Shown here piece by piece: positions 57,372 to 64,000 of a stretch of 64,000 bases of DNA. How positions within the stretch are numbered: position 1 is the first letter of the stretch; every line of letters begins with the position of its first letter. Under the pieces are notes generated by a model. The model made no database searches. It saw nothing but the letters and a program-made list of their open reading frames with translations, and was not told where the DNA came from. Source of the DNA: Massalongia carnosa. Lineage: Eukaryota. The translations under genes were made by a program, and so were the position numbers. Location: the NCBI GenBank assembly GCA_965645245.1, contig OZ287069.1:124001-188000 (forward strand), in the 5' to 3' direction.

Positions 57372-58523
57372 ATGTCATCAAATTCTCGCCCTCGCAGGAA
57401 TGTTCGGCAAGGTCCAATAAGATCTCCCCAGGCAGAAGATATTTCAAGGCCCGCGGAAGATACGCCGACACCAAGTACTGAGGAAGCTATGGGTCCTGCC
57501 AAGTACACAGAGGAAGATCTGCAGAGAATCACAGAGCTCTGCATGGAGTCGTTCCTCCAGGTACAAGGTAGCCGACATGAAGGCCCCCGAGAAGGTCAGT
57601 TGAAAGCTCGGTTCCCGGATCTCCACTACAGAAAGTCCCATATGGAGTGTTACCATTTCTGCCAACAATGCGAAGACCACTTTGACACCGCCGGCGCCAC
57701 CGGGTCAAACCGTACACCTTTTGCGGCATCTTTCCTTCGTGGCCGGATTAGCTTTCGTTGGCACCAGCACAAACGTCGAAGCCAAGGCGAAGAGGTAGGA
57801 CCTTTGTCTTGGACCGAGTTCAAGGCTTTCCTTCGGAAGAATCTTGGAGACTCCAGGGCTTTTGTGGACGCAACCTGGAGTAGGATCAAGCGGGACTCCC
57901 AGTATCAACAAGAAGAAGTTCAGGATTTGGCTTCTCACCTGGAACATCTGCAATCTATACTCCTGGAGTTTAATGCTGAGGGAGCTCCAGAGGAGTCGGA
58001 CCTTATCCGGTTCTTTCGTGAAGGCCTCAAGCCTTCGATAAAGGCCCAGATGGAACAACGAGGAAGGGAACTAGACAGTTGGGAGGAGCTGGTCGAAAAA
58101 GCGATCGATGCTGAGGCAAAAGCTAGCCTGCAGTCGCAATCGATCCTTCGTGAGATGGATCAGCGTTTTCCACATGGAAACCGGCCCGCTCATGCCACTG
58201 TGGCCAAACCCCACACCTCTACTCGAGACCCTCGAGACGAGCCTAGCGAAAAGCCCAAACCGTCGGGTCCGAAGCAATCAAACTCCTCGCGCCCAGAGAA
58301 CAGCGAGATTGATGACAAGAAAGCTCGGAGAGAAAAGAAAAGGCAGCGACGTCTTGATCAAGGTCGAGATCGGAAAGGCTCGGAGTCCACTCCGGCCACC
58401 GGTGCCAACACTTCCAGCGGCACCAGCAAGGACTTGTCCCAAATCACCTGCTTCAACTGCAACAAGAAGGGACACTACTCAAGTACTTGTCGCGAGTCCA
58501 AGAAGGACGCTTCAAAAAACTAG
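57372..58523 (+). CDS. gag: Gypsy Gag
   Basis: WTEFKAFLR, FFREGLKPSIK, CFNCNKKGHYSSTC. Confidence 0.9.
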   Translation: MSSNSRPRRNVRQGPIRSPQAEDISRPAEDTPTPSTEEAMGPAKYTEEDLQRITELCMESFLQVQGSRHEGPREGQLKARFPDLHYRKSHMECYHFCQQCEDHFDTAGATGSNRTPFAASFLRGRISFRWHQHKRRSQGEEVGPLSWTEFKAFLRKNLGDSRAFVDATWSRIKRDSQYQQEEVQDLASHLEHLQSILLEFNAEGAPEESDLIRFFREGLKPSIKAQMEQRGRELDSWEELVEKAIDAEAKASLQSQSILREMDQRFPHGNRPAHATVAKPHTSTRDPRDEPSEKPKPSGPKQSNSSRPENSEIDDKKARREKKRQRRLDQGRDRKGSESTPATGANTSSGTSKDLSQITCFNCNKKGHYSSTCRESKKDASKN

Positions 58524-61500
58524 TATCGGTCTTGGCAACCTCCGCGCCTTTGACTGAAACAAGTAAGGAGGCTAATCTTGAGCGGGTTCCTTGTATTAGA
58601 TATCCGGTCCGTTTGAGGAAGGATCAAGACGAGATACAGGCTTTGATAGATTCGGGCAGCGAGGTCAACACAATGCACCCCGCTTATGCCGCGAAACTAG
58701 GCCTTCGTGTTAGGGAAACAGATGTTGGGGCGCAAAAGATTGATGGATCTCACCTGGATACCTTCGTTATGGTTATCGCAGGGTTCGCGGTCAAGGACAA
58801 GCTAGGGAAGGTTCGAGTCTTCCAGGAAACCTTCTTGTTGGCTAATATTAGCCTGGAGGTGGTCCTGGGGATGCCTTTTCTTACACTCAGCAGTGTGGAT
58901 ATACGATTCGCAGAGCGAGAGCTCGCCTGAGAGCTCGCCTGGAGAACCTACACAGCTGCCGAGGCTTTACCAACAACCAGACGTGTGGAGATCATCGATA
59001 AGGAAGAATTCGCGGCGGCGGTCCTTGGAGGAGACGACGAGGCATATGTGGTGCATGTAATGGCCGTAAGCAAGCTATCGTCCATGCCGATCCACTCCTC
59101 TCGTCAGGCCCAAGTAGCCTCGCTAGTGAGCGAGGAGGCCAAGATCCCCGTTGAATATTCCGACTTCTCTGACTTCTTCTCCCCTGACTCTGCAGTAGAG
59201 CTACCGGAGCACACCGGCATTAACGACCATCCTATCGACCTAGTAGATGGTAAGCAGCCACCTTATGGCCCAATCTACAGCCTAGGTCCTGTGGAACTAG
59301 AGACACTGAAAACCTATATCGAAACCAACCTAGCCAGCGGTTTTATTAGGCCTTCCCAGTCTCCGGCTGGTGCTCCGATACTGTTCATCCGCAAGAAGGA
59401 CGGTAGTCTCCGCCTGTGTGTGGATTATCGAGGACTCAACACCCTGACGATCAAGAATCGGTACCCGTTACCCTTGATCGGAGAGTCGCTTGATCGACTA
59501 GGCCGTGCCAAGCGATTTACCCATCTGGATCTCACGAATGCGTATCATCGGATGCGAATTCGAGAAGGTGACGAATGGAAGACGGCCTTCAGGACTCGAT
59601 ATGGCCATTTTGAGTATCAGGTTATGCCCTTCGGCCTTTCCAATGCCCCAGCTAGTTTTCAGGGCTATATCAAGAAAATTCTAGCAGAGAAACTCGACAT
59701 CTTCGTCATCGTATACTTGGATGACATCCTGATCTATACCGAGGACTCAGGCCAAGGCCACGTTGAGGCTGTTAAGTGGGTCTTGGAGAACCTCCGAAAA
59801 AACGGACTTTTTGCCAATCTAAAGAAGTGCCGTTTTCATCAGGATGAGGTTCGCTTCCTAGGCTACGTTGTCTCTGGCCGAGGAATTCGTATGGAAGAGG
59901 AAAGGATTGAAGCTGTCAAGAACTGGCCAGAACCAAAGTCAGTACGAGACGTCCAGGTGTTTATGGGATTCGCCAACTTCTACCGGCGGTTCATCCGGGG
60001 GTTCAGCAAGATTGCTGCTCCACTCACCTCGATGCTCAAAACAAACTTGGTAGCCAATACTGGGCCACCAAAGGCAAGGCGCGGAGAGGAAGAATGTTGT
60101 TTCCTAACTCCTGCCGCTAAGTTAGCCTTTGCCCAATTAAAGCAGGCGTTCACTGAAGTACCGATCCTCCGACATTTTGACCCTGAGCGCCACATCCGAC
60201 TTGAGACGGACGCCTCGGGTTACGCCATAGGTGGCGTTCTTAGCCAGTTGGACATCGAAACCGGCCAATGGCACCCAGTAGCGTATTTTTCTCGGAAAAT
60301 GATTCCTGCAGAAACTCGTTACGAAACTCACGATGGGGAACTACTGGCCATCGTTGAAGCCTTTAAGAATTGGAGACATTATCTCGAAGGTTGTAAGCAT
60401 GAAGTTCTCGTGCTTACGGACCACAACAACCTGCGGCGATTTATGGACACGAAGAGTTTAAGCTCCCGCCAGGTTCGCTGGGCGCAAGAACTCTCTCGTT
60501 ACACTTTCCGCATCGATTATCGTCAAGGCAAGGCTAATGGAGCTGCCGATGCTTTATCTCGCTATCCTCAGAGGAGCCAAGGCGAAGAGGAAGTGCTTCG
60601 AGCTGAGAATACTCGAATCCTTCACCGATTGCAGTCCTCGCTGACCAGCGCCAGCATCTCTGGTATCACTAGTACTCAGCATCTCACCCCTCCACACCAC
60701 GTCATCATCTGCGGAACGCACGTCTTCCCTCAACTACGTCAGTTTTGGGATACGCTCCGCCAAGACTTGACCTCTGAAGGTCCTTACAAAGTCAGCATTG
60801 GTGGCATGAGGTTGAGGTTGCAGGAGTTGCAGGAGGAAGATACCCAAGCTCAGATGATCAGAGCAGAGAAGCTTGGAAAAGATGGCTGGGAAGACACCGA
60901 TGGGATTTTGCATTATCAAAGCTTGCCTTATGTCCCTGAGATCCTCAGAACTGAGCTAATCAGTAGGCATCATGATGATCCATTAGCAGGACATTTCGGC
61001 ATCGAAAAGACGCGAGAACTCATTGCGAGAAAGTACTTCTGGGAGACTCTCCGCCGCGACGTCGAGAGCTATGTCAAGGGCTGCGACGTCTGCTTATCTT
61101 CTAAAGCGGTCAGACACAAGCCTTACGGAGACCTACAGTCACTGCCAGTGCCTACTCATCGCTGGAAAGACTTGTCTATGGATTTCGTGACAGGGTTGCC
61201 TGAATCTGCGGATTGGAAGCGCGACAGTTACGATTCGATCCTGGTTATCGTCGACCGGCTTACGAAGATGGTGCACTATGAGCCAGTGCTGACAACGATA
61301 ACAGCACCATGGCTAGCAGAGGTAATCATAGACGTGGTAGTTCGTCACCACGGCTTGCCAGACTCTATTGTCAGCGACCGCGGCTCAGTTTTCACTTCCA
61401 AGTTCTGGTCTTCCTTGTGCTACTTTTTAGGCATCAAGCGACGCCTCTCTACCGCGTTCCATCCACAGACCGATGGGCAGACCGAACGCCAGAACAGCAC

Positions 61501-62383
61501 CATGGAAGCCTACCTTAGGGCGTTCGTCAACTACGAACAAGACGACTGGGCGCGCCTGCTTCCAATGGCTGAGTTTGCGTACAACAATGCGAAAAACGCG
61601 AGCACTGGGCATACGCCGTTCGAGCTCAACTGTGGTTACCACCCCCGTGTCTCATATGAGGAAGACATCGACCCCCGCTCCAGGTCCAAGTCAGCAGACG
61701 AACTAGCTGCAGAACTAAAGGACTTGATGACTATCTGTAAGGAAAACCTTCAGCACGCACAAGAATGGCAGACAAAGGCCCACAACAAAGGAACCAAGCC
61801 ACGGAGCTATGCACCTGGCGATAAAGTTTGGTTGAACAGCAAGTATATTAAGACCAAACGCAATCGCAAGCTAGAGGCTAAGTTCTTTGGGCCATTCCGT
61901 GTCTTGCAACCAGTGGGCAAGCAAGCCTACAAGCTGGAGCTTCCAAAGCGGTGGCGCATCCATGATGTCTTTCATGTATCACTGCTGGAGCAGGACACCA
62001 CAAGGAAGGGGCGGGTGGACGAGAAGATCGCGGAGCAGCTGGAATTCGAAGCTGGTAACGATGAGGAGTACGAGGTTGAAGGCATTTTGTATAGCGCGGG
62101 TTACGCCAAGGAGTCAGAAGCTGGCCACCTACCAGGCCTCTACTATCTGGTCTCCTGGAAGGGCTATCCAGAAGATGAAAGTACGTGGGAACCGGCGGCA
62201 GCGATCAAACACCTTCGGAAGATCGTCAAAGCCTACCATGAGAGTAACCCCACCAAGCCGACAGCAACCTCTCCTCCTATCGACACCGCACCGCCAATGG
62301 CTAAGCCGACCGTTAAGCCTAAAAGCAAGCGGAAACGCGGCCAACCAGCTACCAGTACTCGGAGCAAGAAGGCGAAGAAGTAG
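58514..62383 (+). pseudogene. pol: Gypsy Pol with an in-frame TGA created by a 12-bp duplication (58917-58940)
   Basis: LIDSGSE; YLDD; ETDASG; integrase; GPFRV; EEYEVEGIL...YLVSWKGYPEDESTWEP chromodomain; gagagctcgcct twice. Confidence 0.93.
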
Positions 62384-62599
62384 AAGCCTCGACCTGCTAT
62401 GGAATCGGGAGGCTGTAAAACTCAGAGGTTTTCTATTTTCCATACCATTTAGCTGCCGCAGCCAATTAGTAAGCTGGCACATGACCAAATCTCGTAAATA
62501 TTAATGTCGCGTCTTCCAACCATAATTCTCATCCCCTGGTTACCCCTTATTATCACATTTCTCATACCTCGCTGCTCTCATTTATTGAGGCTATTCAAG

Positions 62600-64000
62600 A
62601 TGTCTTCGTACTTGGATACCACCAAGCCCGAAAGCGACGTCGACAGTCAGCTAGATAGTCAGCTGGATAGTCAGCTCACCGTCGCCAGAGGATCTTCTCG
62701 CTCCGCTTCGACCCCTATTTCCACTGTCTTGGCTCTACCTTCTCATCTGGTCTCGATGCGTCAGCTTGTCTTTGCATTAGATGCACCAATAACTTGGACT
62801 GCGGATAATTATGCTTCATACTGGCCGTTTATGGACAACATCTGGGTGCATAATCACACGGAGCCTATTACCAAGAAGAGAACTCAAAAATCATATTGGT
62901 TTTGCAGACTTTGGAAGCAAGATGCTGACATTAAAAGTCAAGGTTCAGGACGACGTGCTAAACGAATGCGGTTAACTGATGCTTGCTCTATAAAGCTGGC
63001 TATGATCAAACAATTTGATGAGATCAATGAATTGTTGACGGTGACTTTGAGTCGTCACGTCAACAAGAAGCTTGACGACTCAGTTAATCAGCTGCAACAT
63101 AATCACATTTTGGAGGTTGTGGACAATATCAAAATCAACTCCGCCATCAGACTGACGGCTGGTAAAGAGGTGGCAAAAGGATATACCCCGGGAGACATCA
63201 ATCGAAACATGCAGGGCGTTAGATGGGAAGGGAATCTTGAAGTTTTGAAACAGGCCGGGGGGTCGAATTTCAACTTTCAAACCGTATACAATGCTGGAAG
63301 AAGCTTTAAAAAGCAGAATCCTGATGCACGAATTCAGGGAGCTAGGGAGTCATGGATTAATCAATTGAATAGCTGTTTTGATGCATTGCAGGCATTGGGT
63401 GAAGATGTTCTAGCTGCAAAGCTTGAAATAACTCGTCTCATTGATAGAGAAAGATCACATGCAATAGCATTTGCAAAAAGATCTCGGTTATCAGTATTGA
63501 TGAAACGTGGACATCTGACATTGATGGACAGTACTCATAACACCAATCAGCTAAAATGGAAGTTATTTACATTGATGATTCGTGACGAATGTGGAAGCTG
63601 GATTCCCGGAGCCCACATGCTGAGTAGTAACGAGGACGGTGACATTATAGGAGAGTTTCTTCGTCAGATTAAGCGATGGTCTAGAGCTTGGAGACTTCGA
63701 TACATTATCACCGACGATTCTGCAGCTGAACAGCGAGGGGTCAGTCTTGCATTTCGAGGGTTGATCGACGGGGAGATGGAGGTTACTCATCTACTTTGTC
63801 GGACTCACTCCGAGCGTACCCTGAATCGAAAATTGGTCGGTCCCAATTGCAAAAATGCAAAAAAGCATTTGTATGATGCTCTATATTTCAGAAAAACGGA
63901 GCTCGGATGCGATGATAGTCTCAAAAAGGCATTGGCAGCTGCCCCTGAAGAAAAACGTCAATATATAGATCGAGAATGGGTGCAGACTAAATCCAAATGG
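62600..64000 (+). CDS. MULE/Mutator transposase, open to the window edge (467 codons seen)
   Basis: Translated by hand: YWFCRL, HNH, LMDSTHNTN, YIITDDSAAE, HLLCRTHSER; missing from the ORF track because there is no stop in the window. Confidence 0.88.
   Translation, partial: MSSYLDTTKPESDVDSQLDSQLDSQLTVARGSSRSASTPISTVLALPSHLVSMRQLVFALDAPITWTADNYASYWPFMDNIWVHNHTEPITKKRTQKSYWFCRLWKQDADIKSQGSGRRAKRMRLTDACSIKLAMIKQFDEINELLTVTLSRHVNKKLDDSVNQLQHNHILEVVDNIKINSAIRLTAGKEVAKGYTPGDINRNMQGVRWEGNLEVLKQAGGSNFNFQTVYNAGRSFKKQNPDARIQGARESWINQLNSCFDALQALGEDVLAAKLEITRLIDRERSHAIAFAKRSRLSVLMKRGHLTLMDSTHNTNQLKWKLFTLMIRDECGSWIPGAHMLSSNEDGDIIGEFLRQIKRWSRAWRLRYIITDDSAAEQRGVSLAFRGLIDGEMEVTHLLCRTHSERTLNRKLVGPNCKNAKKHLYDALYFRKTELGCDDSLKKALAAAPEEKRQYIDREWVQTKSKW

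Larger units (their letters stand above)
56266..62440 (+). mobile_element. Ty3/Gypsy chromovirus with a 1027-bp 5' LTR (56266-57292); 3' LTR not in the window
   Basis: TGTAAT...ATTACA LTR, gag, AAAAAAC slippery site at 58514-58520, pol with chromodomain. Confidence 0.93.

Overview
Eukaryotic, almost certainly filamentous-ascomycete, transposon nest. No rRNA, tRNA or CRISPR was seen. Contents: a full-length Ty1/Copia with a pogo/Fot1 transposon inside its 5' LTR; three Ty3/Gypsy elements (a young chromovirus with TSD, a Ylt1-like element with an extra third ORF nested in a MULE, and a long-LTR chromovirus lacking its 3' LTR); two tyrosine-recombinase (DIRS/Ngaro) retrotransposons; a TRIM-like mini-retroelement in a LINE ORF1; four solo LTRs; MULE, pogo and Tc1 fragments; MITEs; and a few host-type genes, including two HET-domain genes. 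Most striking observation: both divergent Ngaro-type elements share one apparent expression design. Gag and RT/RNaseH are in frame and separated by a single stop codon (readthrough candidate). The AUG-less recombinase ORF is preceded by a conserved branch point and CAG acceptor, phase-matched to a conserved GT donor in gag (spliced Gag-N/YR fusion). All family calls are from motif recognition by eye; no database search was run.
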